Source: Salpingoeca rosetta
Lineage: Eukaryota; Protista; Choanoflagellata
Direction: 5' to 3'
Length of the DNA: 64,000 nt
Assembly: GCA_033442325.1 (NCBI GenBank)
Contig: JAWQFM010000028.1
Location: 912,558 to 976,557 of the forward strand
A program made the position numbers and the translations under genes. Below the pieces are notes generated by a model. It saw nothing but the letters and a program-made list of their open reading frames with translations. It was not told where the DNA came from and ran no database searches. Positions 1-19,082 of the stretch are shown here, piece after piece; within the stretch, counting starts at the first letter, position 1, and each line of letters opens with the position of its first letter.

Positions 1-54
1 CAACAGCAGCCAAGGCAGCTGTGTCAGCCACACCACACACAGAAAGGAGAAGCA

Positions 55-5402
<5,348 letters not shown>

Positions 5403-5447
5403 CACGCAGCGCTGCTGCTTACGTTTCGATTTGTTTGTTTGTTTGTT

Positions 5448-5503
<56 letters not shown>

Positions 5504-5784
5504 TTTGTTTGTTTGTTTGTGTGTGTGTGTCGTGGTGTCGAGTGTTGCAGCATGTGCTTCGCCGACACGTGCGAATTTACGGCTGGATCACTGTTGTGTT
5601 GTTGCATCTTTACCCCTTTAGCTCTTGAGTTTGCTGCCTCTGGAATTGTCCTAGTTCACATTTTCGATCATGTGTTGTTGCGTGTGTATATGTGTGTGTG
5701 TGTGTCTTGGATCGTTTCCCGCCTGCTGGATTTGGCGGGAACACGGCACAGCTGTCAACACGTCTGCTGTGCACTCGTTTGATT

Positions 5785-5845
<61 letters not shown>

Positions 5846-6024
5846 CTCTTGCCTGCTTCGTTTGCTGAGTTGAAAACAGTTCACTCACTGGCATTTTAAA
5901 TCGTGTCAATTCATGCATGCATGTCAACAATGTACGTGTGCCTAACATAAGCGAAAGAAAGAGGGACTGCGGGCGTTGTACGTCTGCATGCGTGCGTTTG
6001 TTTCATTCTGTTGCTGCGTATTCA

Positions 6025-6055
<31 letters not shown>

Positions 6056-6071
6056 GCTGCTGTTGGTTAGG

Positions 6072-8021
6072 TTAGGAGTCGTAAAACCACTCATGCGAGG
6101 AGGGAAAGCAAAACTTGTCCCGTTCGCCCTTGAATTGCATCCATCCAGTCACGGCAATCCTCTCCCGGTCCAGACCTTACAGAAACACGTGGAGGGCATG
6201 GAATATTGTGAGGTGGGCGTGTGGAAATAGACAGACAAAAACACATTCATCGGGGGTGGGTGAGTGATCAAACAGACAAGCATAGATGAAACAGATGTGC
6301 ACACACACACACACAGACACACAGACACACACAGACACACAGACACACACACACAGACACAGACACACACACACAGACACAGAGACAGAGACACAGAGAC
6401 AGAGACACACCCACCTGCCACGACTTCGGTGACGAGATGTGGAAGGACGCGTCGCTCTTCGCTGACGTCAAAGAACGTAAACGCATTTCGTTGAGGCACC
6501 AGAACGCGCTCTGCTTGATCCCAGTTGTACTGGTTGAGGAAGAGCAGCAGGCCCCCATACTCCAGACGCCAGTCCTCTGTCAAGTGAAACGTAAACGCAA
6601 TTCTCCGCGTTTCAACGCTGTCCGAGTGTCGATCGAGAAAGTCGCCAGAGGTGTATCTGCTGATGAACAGGACGGTGAGCTCGTAGCTGCGCTGTGAGAT
6701 GCGCGTGAGCAGCTGCTGCATGCGCCGCGACTCCATCACGCTCGCCATGTCGCCGAAGAAGTGGCGGTAGAAGCGGCGGTACTTTGGGGGCGCCGTCGAC
6801 ACCGTGCGCGTGAAGCTGTACGCGTACTTCCCCTGCCGCCTGCGCGTGTGCTGCTGTGCAATCATGCGCTCGATGCGCGCGTTGTTCGCCCTGCTGCGCG
6901 GGACGGTGGTTGCTCGGCTTGTCGCCGGGTCCACAAACGACGCCTGCCAGAACTGGGAGTGCAGCGGGCGTGTCAGCTCCTCTTGCAGCGCCACAAACAC
7001 GTCTTCACGGAAGAAGTTTGGGATGGACACGATCCCCGTTGTGCGGAACAGGCGCGTGAAGCGTTCGATTTCGTCATCTGAAACGTCTCTGATCCAGTCG
7101 CCGCGGTCCTCACAGGCCAAAATGCCGCCGTCGTCGGTCATTGCATCGTGGATGAACTCCATGTTGGCGTGGGCGGTGATGTAGTAATCGAGACATTCGT
7201 CATCACCATGATCGCACTGCGCAATGCTCTGACACACACGCAGGTCGTCCACAAGCGGCGCAGGCCCAGCGCGCTGCTCCCACGACTCCCATCCTGTGCG
7301 TGAGTGAGTGCGTGAGCGCGCGCGCGTGTGTGTGAGTGAGTGCGTGAGTGAGTGAGTGAGTGAGTGAGTGAGTGAGTGAGTGAGTGAGTGAGTGAGTGAG
7401 TGAGTGAGTGGGTGAGTAAGTGAGAAGAACATCTGCAAGTTTGCCTTGAAGTCGGCTATCATCAACCAGCGCATTCAGCTGTATGCGTTGCGTGCAAGCA
7501 ACGCATCACAGCTGCGCTCGTTTCACACGACAACGTACGGATGGCGGTGGGGTCCGTGCTGTCCTTGGTGACGGCCTTTCCGTACACGACAGACCCAAAT
7601 CGCACCTGCCCAGTCTCGGCGCTCTTCACCACCTCCTGGATGTTCCACCTGATCACGTGCGTGAGTGAGGCGTCAATGAGCTTAGCTGCTGGGATTGCGG
7701 TCGGATGCACAAACGCAAGTGGACAAAAGGTACGACACGGTGAGAAGCGAAGAGAAGAGTGAACCGTGCACGCGGCATTCGTGTTGCTGTGGTGCTGTAA
7801 ACACGCCTTCCTCACCAGCTGCCATCCTCTGTTTGATGAAGAAAGAGCTCGTAGGCCTTGGTATCATTCACCCGCCGCTGAAATTGAGGGGCACCTGCAG
7901 CGGTGATGGCATTTGTGTTTGCCTTGAGCGTTAGCAAGTGAAGGCCCTGATCTGATCGCACGCAGCTGCACCAGCTGTACGCCACAACACATTAAGAAAT
8001 TACGCGCACAATTCTTACTCG

Positions 8022-8085
<64 letters not shown>

Positions 8086-8579
8086 AGATCACCACGTGTT
8101 GCACGCACCGTTGTGAAGCCCAAGCATCTCGTGCCACAGCCCGTTGACGTCTTTCATGCCGGCATCTATCAAGAGCAAACGAGTTCATGTACATCAAGGG
8201 AGAGAACAAAAGGGCACGTGCATGCAAGCAAGGGTTGCGGTCACCTCACATCACAATCATGTGCCAGCCTGCTCAGACAAGCGCAAAGCCCCCACCACAC
8301 AAACAAACAAGGCGCGACAACCTGCGCACTTCCCCCCCACCCATCTTTCTCCCCTTCACTCCAAAGCACACCTCGAAGACGAATGACGTTGAAAGATCGC
8401 GGCTGTGCCGAGAAAGAGGAACCCACTCTTCCACCATCACCACCAGCACCAGCACCAGCACCAGCACCAGTAGCAGCAGCAGTGCCAGCTCCGTTCTGTG
8501 CAGCTGCCACGGTCAACACGCCGAGCAGGAGAAGCGCAGCGCAGCAACAAGCCTTCCACAGCCCAGCACAACGAGTCAT
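6072..8579 (-). CDS. 2OG-Fe(II) dioxygenase (prolyl-hydroxylase/OGFOD1-Tpa1-like catalytic domain) with predicted signal peptide and a small N-terminal domain, about 6 exons
   Basis: GDFLDRHSD...RRIAFTFHLTEDW...GGLL...PHLVTEV, and a last exon RIAVTGW, give the HxD...H...R set. Exons spliced in frame from MTRCAGLWKACCCAALLLLGVLTVAAA (ATG 8579) to TAA at 6072. Confidence 0.8.
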
Positions 8580-8691
8580 CTTGCTTCTTCGCGGCGCAAA
8601 AACCGTCAATGACCTGCCGCCAATTTCTGCTGAATCAGCACTTTTCCACTCGCCGCTTGACGACAACCAGCAACAACAGCAGCAGCAGACG
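8580..8691. promoter_or_regulatory. Putative compact bidirectional promoter region (112 bp between divergent ATGs)
   Basis: The inferred starts of the dioxygenase (8579, minus) and CFAP65-like gene (8692, plus) face away from each other. Confidence 0.45.
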
Positions 8692-10581
8692 ATGGCGCTT
8701 GGTGTGGCACAGCCTGCGGCGACGGGGCCCAGTGCCGCTGCATCCACGCGACGATCAACAACAACGACAAGAACAGCAACGACGGCTCGCTTGCAGCATC
8801 AACACGCACAACCAGACACGGGCGTGCAAACTCCAGGTGGGTTGGTTTGTTGATGTGACAGTTTGTGCTTGTGTGTGCGTGTGTGTTTGTGTGTGCGTGT
8901 GTGCGTGTGTGCGTGTGTGTTTGTGTTGATGTGACAGCTGTGAGGGTGTGCGTGTATGCTTGTGTGTTTGTGTGTGTGCGTGTGTGCGTGTGTGCGTGTG
9001 TGTTTGTGTGTGCGTGTGTGCGTGTGCGTGTAAATGTGGGTCAATGCGTGTGTGTTATTGCTTGGAACTGCGACTGCTAAGCACGCATTCGCACGTTCAC
9101 GTGCATACCCGTCCAACCACCTGTTCACCTCATTTATTCACCAACACCCACACCCCACCCCACAGATGAGGTGGCGTTTGTGACGTGGGTGCCGGGTGAG
9201 GAGTATGTCAAGGCGCTGGTGGTGAAGAACGTGCGCTACAAGGCCATCAAGGTGTCGTGCGAGAAGCGCGGGAGCCACTTCTCCCTCCGCAAGAAAATCA
9301 AGAACGTCATGGTGAGCCCAGGCACCACGTTGCACATCCCCATCGTGTTCACCCCAACAGAGGCCGTCGATTACTCCGACAGCATCACTGTCGCCGTGGA
9401 CGATGGCAGCGCCGTGCACGTGCGGCTGCGGGCGGATGCACCGCGCCCAGAGCTCAAGATGCCGGGCATTGTCGACCTCGATCTCCTCGCCGTCGGCAGC
9501 ACCACATCCAAGGTCGTGCCCATGCAGAACACCAGCAAGTTCACCATCACATGGAAGCTGGGCCAGCCAGAGGATTTCAGCATTGCCCCCACCTTCGGCG
9601 TGCTCGCGCCCGGCGAGACGCAGGCGCTCACCGTCACCTTCAGCCCCACGCGCGCCGACCGGTACGAGGTGGCTGCGCCCATCAAGTACGACGCCGATGA
9701 CGGCGAGCACTGTGGCCAGACGGAGCTGTGGCTGCGCGGCGTGTCCAAGTATCCGCACGTGGTGCTGGCCAACGGGGCGCGCGAGGAGCTGGTCGACTTT
9801 GGCGAGGTGCACGCAGGCGGCGTGGTGGAGCGCAGCGTGACGCTGTACAACCACTCGCCGGTCGATGCCCCGTATGTGATGCGGCACTCCTTCCTTGGCA
9901 CATCGTGCCTGACGCTGTACGGCAACACGGGCACGGTCCCCGCCAACAGCACCACCACCATCAACATCACCTACACCGCCGGTCGCCTCTACCACCACTG
10001 CAACGAGTATCTCACCTTCAAGTTCCACGCGGGCACGCAGCTGCGCATCGCCTGCAAGGGCGACACCATCTCTCCGTCTGTCCTCTGCAGCCACAGCAGG
10101 GTGGACTGTGGTCTTGTTCCTGTCGGCGACACGCACACGCAGTCAATCACCCTGCGAAACATTGCCGACATGCCCGTGCGTGTGTCGTGGATCTCAGCAC
10201 ATGCCGCAGCCGTCGTTGTGCGCGGGAAACAGCACAGCACTGACGGTGATGGTAGTGGTGACCGTGATGGTGGCGATGCGTATATGTGCACGATGCCCGA
10301 GCTGAGCACACTTGAACTTGAGGTTGTCTTCACGCCAAGTGCCGACGTGCACTACTGCCAGCGTGTGGAGATTGCCATTGAGAACCACAAGCCCGTGGTC
10401 TTGGAGGTGGTTGGTCGTGGCACGCGTGGTGATGGTCGTCATGCCGTGATGGGCATGGAGGCAGACGCTGCCATGCGCCAGCGGGAGCGGGGTGGATATG
10501 CACACCTCGCACCATCGCAGGTCGCATCATACGTACAGTCCGGTCTGCTCGCCCTCAAGGTAACGTCACACGTGCTCTGCT

Positions 10582-10627
<46 letters not shown>

Positions 10628-11008
10628 CGTGTGCGTGCGCGTGTGTGCGTGCGTGTGTGTGCATGTGTGTGCGTGCGTGTGCGTGCATGTGTGTGCATAT
10701 GGCGTGTGTATGTGTGTGTGTGTGTGCATTCGTTGCACGCACGTGTGCTTGGTGGCATGTCACCATGTCTCATCATCCCACCTTTCCCCTTCCATTGCTC
10801 CCTCGTCCCATTATTCCTTGCTGAACTGTCCCCCTGGTCAACTGTCCCCGTTTGCAGGACGACAAGTTTGTGCCGGTGGAGAAGGAGCCCGTTGAGCCAA
10901 CACCGGACCCAACACCCGTTAGTGCCATTGGCTCATGTGTGCACATGCGCGCAATACTCAGGGCTGGCAAGTTGTGAGCTCACCCCTTTTCATTTTGTCT
11001 CACCCACC

Positions 11009-11056
<48 letters not shown>

Positions 11057-13340
11057 NNNNNNNNNNNNNNNNNNNNNNNNNNNNNNNNNNNNNNNNNNNN
11101 NNNNNNNNNNNNNNNNNNNNNNNNNNNNNNNNNNNNNNNNNNNNNNNNNNNNNNNNAAACACACACACACACACACACAACACTGACATGCACACTGATA
11201 CACACACACACACACGCACACGCATGCACACACACACACACACTCACACACACTCACTGACACACACGCACACACACACACACTGACATGCACACTGATA
11301 CACACACACACACGCACACACACACACACACACAATCGCACATCTACACCCACGGCCTTGCCAGGTTGAGAAGCGAGGGTCGATGGTGAGTCACGAGCCG
11401 ACAACCCCCGCGCCATCGCCGCCGCAGCCGCAGGAGACGGACGCGCCGTTGACTGTGCTGTCACCAGCCATTGTGGACTTTGGGTCGTGCCCTGCCGGCT
11501 CAAAGAAGAAGGTGGCGGGTATCGCGCCGCAGGTCATCAGCGTCCAGAACACGGCGCAGGCCGACGTGGAGGTCGTCTGGCCAGACCTAAACGCGTTTGG
11601 GTACCCGTTTTCCATCCAGCCACAAACGGCCACAATTGCCCCGGAGGAAACAGCCAGTTTCCAGATTGTGTTCCGCCCCGTGCACACGGGCCAGCAGTAC
11701 AACTGCACGGTGGAGGGTGTGGTGAACTTTGCGGAGAGCATTCGCACAGACGACGGCGCGCTCATGAACCACCCGTGGACCATCATGGCGCACATCATGG
11801 GCAACACGCACCAGAGCGACGCGGAGACTGAGGCGTTACCGGCGTTTGAGGTTCACCCAACCGCTGTGGCGCTCCCGCCAACCAGCCCCAACCAGCCATC
11901 ATACGGCACGGTGGAGCTGAGCAACCCCTCGGATGCCCCACTTGTCGTGCTGCTGACACCGCCATCGCACCAGCACAGCGACACGATGACACTTCGCCCC
12001 ACGACGCGGCGCCACCTGCTGCTGCCGCGCCAGGTTCGGCTGGCCTCCTTTGCTGCGATCCCAACCAAGGCCGACTTCATGGAGAGCGTGCTGTGCGTGT
12101 CGATGGTCAACAGCAGCGATGAGCGGGAGATGGAGGACACCACCAACGTGCGCGTGAGTGTGTCGAGTGTGACCCCATCGCTCCGCTTCAGCACAGACAT
12201 GCTCAACCTTGGCATTGTCCCCGTTGGCCACGACCTGCGGCGGTCTGTGCGCCTGCGCAACACGTGTGCGCTGTCGTGCTTCTATGAGCTGCGGTGCAGT
12301 GCCCGCAATGGCGGCGTCGTTCAACTCGTCACCACTGGCGGACTGCTCGAGGTCTTGTTTATGTTGATGTTGATGTTGATGTTGATGTTGATGTTGATGT
12401 TGGTGTTGATGTTGTTGTGGGGGGGGGGAGGAGGGGAAGGAAGGAGGGAGTGATGCGTCATGGTTCCGTTGCATGACTTTGTTGTTGTTTAAAGTTGTTG
12501 TTTAAGTTGTTGTTGTTGTGTGCGTGTGTGCCTGGTGGCGCGTGATCTACTTTCAAATCTGTGTGTTTGCTTCATCACTCAGCCTCACCACACGCAAATC
12601 CCGCATTTGAACCACGCTCACACTCCCCCCCCCCCTCGTCCATCACTCACTCCTTTTCACAGCCCAACGACGAGCAAGACATTGCTGTTGTTGTGTCTGC
12701 GCAGGACAGCGGCTACAGGGAGGAGACCATCACCCTGCGCTACGGCAGCGTGAAGGGCCAGCACCAGCACGAGCTGCGCCTCCCAATTGCACTCACTGCT
12801 GAGTTTCCGCTGTTGCAAGGGCACATGCGCACCGCTGATGGCGCATGTGTTGAAGCCGCAGCCAGCGGTGGCAGCAGCAATCAGGATGGCGACGCAGCGC
12901 AGCAGCAGCAGAAGCAGCAGCAGCAGCGGGAGTCGAGGACTACACCGACACCCTCGCCTGACAACATGGATGGAGAAGCAGGCATCAACGCTGTCAGCAC
13001 TTTTGACATTGGCACACTTGTCGTTGGAGAGACGAAACGGGTGGAGGTGGTGTTGACCAACGTGTCGAGCGTCACAGCGCACTGTCAGCTCGAACACAAC
13101 ATCGGCTCAATCGCTGCCCTCAGCGAACACATGGTGCGTCGCGTATTTATGCGCGTGTGCGTGTGTTGTGAATTAGCAAAGTGCTTTCTCTGTCTCTGTG
13201 TATCTATCCATCTTCTCCTCTCGGCACCCTTCCCCTCCTTCCCCAAACCTTCACCCTATTCCTCTCCCTCTCTCCCTCTGTCTCACTCTCTTACACCCTT
13301 CCACCTTACCCCTGCTCCCTGCCATCACCCCCTCCACTCC

Positions 13341-13433
<93 letters not shown>

Positions 13434-16327
13434 CAACATCACCAGGTGACGCTGCCACCGCGGTGCAACAAGAGCGTGTGGATGTCGATAACGCCGCGCC
13501 ACGAGGGCGAGGACATGTTCATGCTCACGGCCGATGCGCTGGATGCAGACGGCGTTGTGCTGGCGTCCCACCCGGTCGTGGCCGGCCTGTATCGTGGCAT
13601 CCGTGCAAAGCTGATTGTGTCTGACGTGCGGTCCGAGCACTGCGGACCGCTTGCACTGCGGGCGCAGCTGAGCATTGATGGTGTGAACGCAGCGCTCGCC
13701 CCCATTGGCAACCGTACGCCGCCAGAGACAGAGTTCAACCTCGACCTAGGCTGCCGTGCGCACCTCACCAGCGACACGGTCGTGACGCTGCAACTGCGCA
13801 ACTGCAGCGGGTGCGTGTGCCGGTGGAAGGCGCTGTTGCCGCGCGACCACACGTGGAGCGAGGCTGGCTGGGCAGCGGAGGAGCCGCTCGAGGTCACCAT
13901 GCGCAAGGCAGGACGCGCCACGTCACACGTGTCGGCATCGACCGCTGCAGCCGGCGGCGGTCGCAGTCACGGCGGTAGTGGTGGTGACCGCCATAGTGAT
14001 GATGACAGCTTGTTTGAGGTTGAGCCACGGCGTGGGGAGCTGGCGGCGGGTGCAACGTGCCTGGTGACGCTTCGCTACCGCCACGATCACGTGGGCGACC
14101 ACGTTGTGCCGCTCATCCTGAAGCAAGACCTGACCCCAACCACGCTGCGGCTGAACCTTTGTGGACAGACCCTGCCTTCAGGCACGCCGCATCTCGTTGT
14201 CCATCCGCAGGCGACGTGGACCCTGCACCCGGTCTCCATTGGCATGCACAACCCGCCACAGCAGTTTATGCGCCTGTACAACCCGAGCGACGTGGCTGCG
14301 GCGTTCCGTGTGGATGTAGCGGCGCTCGAGGCGCTGGCCGCAGCCAACTATGGCGTGGAGGTCTTCCACTGCAACACGCTGAGCGGGCGCGTTGGTGCTG
14401 GGGAGAGCATGGATGTGTCGTGGGTGTTTCGCCCCATTGAGGCGCGCGAGTACCAGGTGACGGTGGCGGTGCATGTGGACGGGATGGCGGACAGCCCCGT
14501 GCTCATCACACTGCGCGGAGAGGGCGTTGATCCGCGCCAGGAGCAGGAGCAGCGCGCACTGCAGGAGACAATTGGCGGCAGCGGCAGCGCCACCGACCAG
14601 GGCGGAGCGACGGACGCGTTTGGTGATGGATTGGCGCTGCCTGCATCCAGCCCCAACACTGGTGCTGGCGGTGCTGGCGGTGGTGGTGATGATGACATGG
14701 AGCAAGAGCAGCAGCGCCGCACACGCGAAGTGCCGATGAGTCAACAGTTCCTTCTTCCCGGCCAGCCCGCCGTTGTGTCCTCGGATGTGCTTGACTTTGG
14801 GACGCTGTGCCTGCATGCATTGTCCCGGCGGGTGCTGTTTCTGCGGAGTTGCACGGACCGCGTTGTGTCCTTCGCCTTCTCGCTGGGCAGTCTGAGCAAT
14901 GCGCTGAGCGTTGAGCCGCAGTCTGGGCTGCTGCATCCACACGAGGTGCAGGTGTGCAAGGTGACGCTGCGTGCGGGTGGACTTGCCAGCCGGTATGACC
15001 AGGACATTCGTTGCACATTCCGCGACCACGAGGGCGAGCAGGCGTACATCGCGCACATGCGCGAGAACGAACAGCGGGAGAAGGAGGCGGAGGATCTGTT
15101 TACATACACGGACGCGTATCGCATTGGGCGCGGTCGCTCCGGTGCAGTGCGGGCACCACGCAACACCGCCAGCGGCACAACCAGGACCATCGTGTCCACC
15201 CGCACCAGCACCGACGCAGGGTCTGTCGTTGTCGACGCCACTGCCTTTTCCCACAAGGTGCTTGACCCAGGCCCTGCCCCCACCCTCTCCAACACGCTGT
15301 CGCGCTCGCTACGTGACTCGAGTAGGCCACCCTCTGGCTCTGTTCGTCTGCAGCCCGTGGTTGGTGCCCGCAAGGTCGCTGTCTCAGACACAGACCTCCG
15401 CTCATCAAAATACCAGGTGCGCCGTTTGTATGCGTGTTTTGCATCTGTGTTTGCGTGTTTTGTGTGTGTGTGTGTGTGTGTTTGGCATGTGCTTGTTTTG
15501 TGTGTGTGTGTGCGTGTGTGTTTTGCATCTGTGTTTGGCATGTGCTTGTTTGTGTGTGTGTGTGTGTGTGCATATGCGTGAGTCAGTGTTTGTGTGTAAG
15601 TCAGTGTGTTTGCTTGCTGTGTATCAGTTAACATGACCTCCACTGTACTTGCGTTTGCCACTTTGTTATTTTGTTTCCTCTTTGCGTCGCTCACATGCCT
15701 GGGCAACTGATGTGTTTTCAGACTCTGCCGCCGATCAAGGTGAAGGAACAGCCACGCCTGTCCACCCCTCCACCGCCCGCGCACCCGTTTGATCTGTTTG
15801 TGCGCGTGCGCTGCGAGCTGCTGTGCCGCCACGACATGCCCGCCACCCGCGTCAAGAGCATGTTTGTCGACCAGTCTGTTGTGGAGACGACGGCGAGCAC
15901 AGGCAGCGATGGCAGCGATGAAATGGCGACGCTCAAAGCGATGGCAGATGTGGATGACCACGTGCAGTCCGCAGCAGATGTCCTCATGCTGATGCTTCGC
16001 GAGGCAACGAGCGAGGCAACCTTCCTTGACGCTCTCAACACAACAGCCGACGAAGCACCGCCAAGCTTCCTCTCCATTCGCGCGTCAGCAGCGTCCCACC
16101 AGTCATCCTCGTCGTCATCCTCGTCGTCATCATCATCGCCCCAGCTGCAAGCGTCGCAGGATGTGGGTGATGGCGAGGTGCGCCCGTCGGAGGTGGCGTT
16201 TGTTGAGCGCATCTTGGACGAGACCTTGTGCAATCTCTTGCTGGAGCTCGAGGAAGACGAGGCGAGTGATGATGCTGACGATGGTGAAGGTGGTGGTGCT
16301 GGTGATGATGGTGAGGACAGGAGGTGA
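8692..16327 (+). CDS. CFAP65: Cilia/flagella-associated protein 65-like (multiple ASH/MSP Ig-like domains), multi-exon
   Basis: N-terminal [16 protein letters not shown], repeated DFG...LxNxS...F.P.(G)L.PGE Ig-like modules, and [12 protein letters not shown]...[11 protein letters not shown]. Probable ATG 8692 with donor at about 8837; stop 16327. Confidence 0.8.
11057..11156. other. Scaffold gap (100 N) inside a CFAP65 intron
   Basis: Run of N flanked by (CA)n. The flanking exons join in phase 0. Confidence 0.99.
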
Positions 16328-16371
16328 TGGTGAAGGTGGTGGTGCTGGTGATGATGGTGAGGACAGGAGGT
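16280..16371 (+). repeat. 46-bp tandem duplication spanning the CFAP65 stop codon
   Basis: gatggtgaaggtggtggtgctggtgatgatggtgaggacaggaggt occurs twice; the TGA forms at the junction. Confidence 0.9.
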
Positions 16372-17129
16372 GATGGTGGTGGTGGTGGGTGATACGACCG
16401 GCTTGCAGCAGCTGCTTTGTCCGTGCTGTGGTTTTGTGTGAAGTGAGGGCTTTGTTGCTGTTGACTGTACACATGGGTGACTGGCGTGTCTCGCTCGGCT
16501 TACGTTGTGTTGAGTGTGATGAAGATGATTATATGTCAGTGGAGGGCGTGTTGTCATTCAATGTCATGAGTGAACTGAGCAATAATGAGAATGAAAACAA
16601 CACCACCAGGAGGCAACACACAAGCGAGCCAGAGCAACAGGAATAACACACTTGGATTGTACGACAAAAGAACCAAAAAAAAAAAAAAAGGGCAACAGAA
16701 ACCACGGAGCGACCTAAGCCCGAACCAATGCACAGACAAGAAAAGACAGACAAACAGAGAGACACAGACACAGACACACACACACACACACACACAGACA
16801 GACAGACAGACAGACACACACACATACACACAAAACAGAGTACAAATTGGGCAGAGAAGAGGCTAGCAGCGTCCAATCGCGGACAGGAAGGCAGAAGAAA
16901 CGCAAAGCAACCGCATGATCAAAACAAGACGCAGGGAACGTAGGATGTGACAGCAGCAACGGATGACATCAGCCTAACACAAGGAAGATAGAGCAAGAGG
17001 AGGGGTGGGGATGGCAGCAGAGCCACTGGTGACACATGCGCGGGCACGTGAGGACGTGTCAATACGGGTGCCGGCAGATGGAGATGCTGCCTCTGCTTAA
17101 CTCGGGACATGACGCGACCCGATTCAACC

Positions 17130-19004
17130 TTAACGCCAGGCACCACCACGGGGACGCTGCCCCTGCTGCTGTTGCTGCTGTGGCCGGCGCTGGGAGTCGC
17201 CATCACGCCAGCCGCCACCAAACCCACCGCTGTCACCGCCGCGGCGATCACGGTCATCAAAGCGGCCGCCACCACGGCCATCACGATCGAAGCGGTTGCG
17301 GCCACCAAACCCACCACTGTCACCGCTGCGGCGATCACCATCATCACGCCAGCCGCCGCCACGACCACCAACCCTGTCGCTGTCACCGCTGCGGCGCTCA
17401 CGATCATCATAACCGCTGCCACCACCGCGGCCACCAAACCTGTCGCCATCACCATCATCACGCCAGCCGCCGCCACGGCCGCCAACCCTGTCGCTGTCAC
17501 CGCTGCGGCGATCACGATCATCAAAACCGCTGCCACCACGGCGTTCGCTCTCAGCAGGCTGTCTGCGACTTGGTTCCCACCTGTCGCCGCCAAACCCACC
17601 GCGGGTGTCGTCGCTGCGGGAAGAGCGGTTGTCGCTCAGGGTGGCGGGGGCAGCGCCGCGCGGGGGGCGGTACACGTTCTTCTCCTGGGCAGGAGCAGGC
17701 TGGGTCGGGGTGGTGGCACCCGTGGACGAGGAGGAGGTGGCGGGCGGAGTGGACGTGCTGCCCTTCTTGGTCTTCTTCTGGGCCTTCTTCTCCTCTTCCT
17801 CCTTCATGGCGTCGCCGAGCGAGGGGAATGCAATGGTCGACTCGAGAGCAACGTCCTCCACGCGTGGCAGCATTCCCCCGGGGGCGTTGACCATCCCGCG
17901 CTGGGAGGGCGGCACGTACTTGCTCGCCACAGGCGCTGGGCCGTGCGCCGCGCGCAGCTTGTCAAGCAGGTGCTTCTGCTCCCCTCTGGTGGTGTTTACG
18001 ACGCGGTGGTGGTGGTGGTGGTGGGGGATGGTGGTATGGTTGGGAGGAGGAGGGGGTGTTTATGATGTGGTCGTGGTGGAGGATGCAGTTGTGGTGAGTT
18101 GAAAGCGAGGGCGCGCACACAGGCAACAAACCAAACAAAGATGCAGTGGAGCAAAGAGCACAAGAACAAGAAACAGAAGACCAAGAACAAGAACAATTTC
18201 ATGTAGGCATCATCAGCTTACGTGATTGTGTATTCCTCTGTGGAGTTGACAGCTGTGAACTTGATCTCGGGGAAAGCGCTCTCAAACTGGTGCAGGAACG
18301 TGTTTGGCCGTGCGCCGAGGTGCTGGTACGCGCCCTGGTCACGGTACGCAACAATCGTCACAGCCCTGTTGGCATCACATCACACCAACGACGAGATCGC
18401 GCGAATGGGAGGTGAGTTGATTGAAGTGGTTGAGTACGTGTGCATGAGAAGCATGAAAAAAAAAAAAAAAGCACGCGCATGTTTTCTGTGTCAATGTCTC
18501 TGTCTCTCTGTCTGTCTATGTGTGTTGCTGTGCATGGGTGGCTGGCGACTGACTTGAGCTGCGGCAGCTCCTTGATGGTGAGACGGAGGAAGCGCTCGTG
18601 GAACTTGACGCGGTCCAGCACCAGCCGCTGCAGCGACTTGAACGGCATGATGTTCTGCAGCTTGATGGGCGCGCGCGGCTCCTCGGCGGCAATCCAGCCA
18701 ATCACCACAAGCTCTTCAAGTGCAGGCAGCAGCGATGCAAGCTGCTCCACTTGCTCCTCCCGAAGAGGGATTGAGTCGAGCGTCAGCGACGTCACGCCGC
18801 TCACGGCCTCGCCTGTGGTGCAGCGGAGGAGGTGCGGTGGACAGCAGTGGTGAGGAAAGGGTGTGCGTGCAAAGGGAAGTTGGGGGGGGGGGGTCTCAGG
18901 AAAAAGAGTTGCGGTGTTCAAGCGAAATCGCACACAGCAGCAACGTGTGTGCAACAAAGCGCCACAACTTATCCATATGCACACACACACACAAGAGCAT
19001 GCAT

Positions 19005-19036
<32 letters not shown>

Positions 19037-19048
19037 GAGCATGCATGC

Positions 19049-19082
<34 letters not shown>

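Noticed and set aside
8113-8691. Plus-strand ORF 8113-8853 as a longer CFAP65 N-terminus overlapping the dioxygenase
   Set aside because: The minus-strand reading gives a convincing signal peptide and splice donor; the plus-strand PAPAPA stretch is its shadow.
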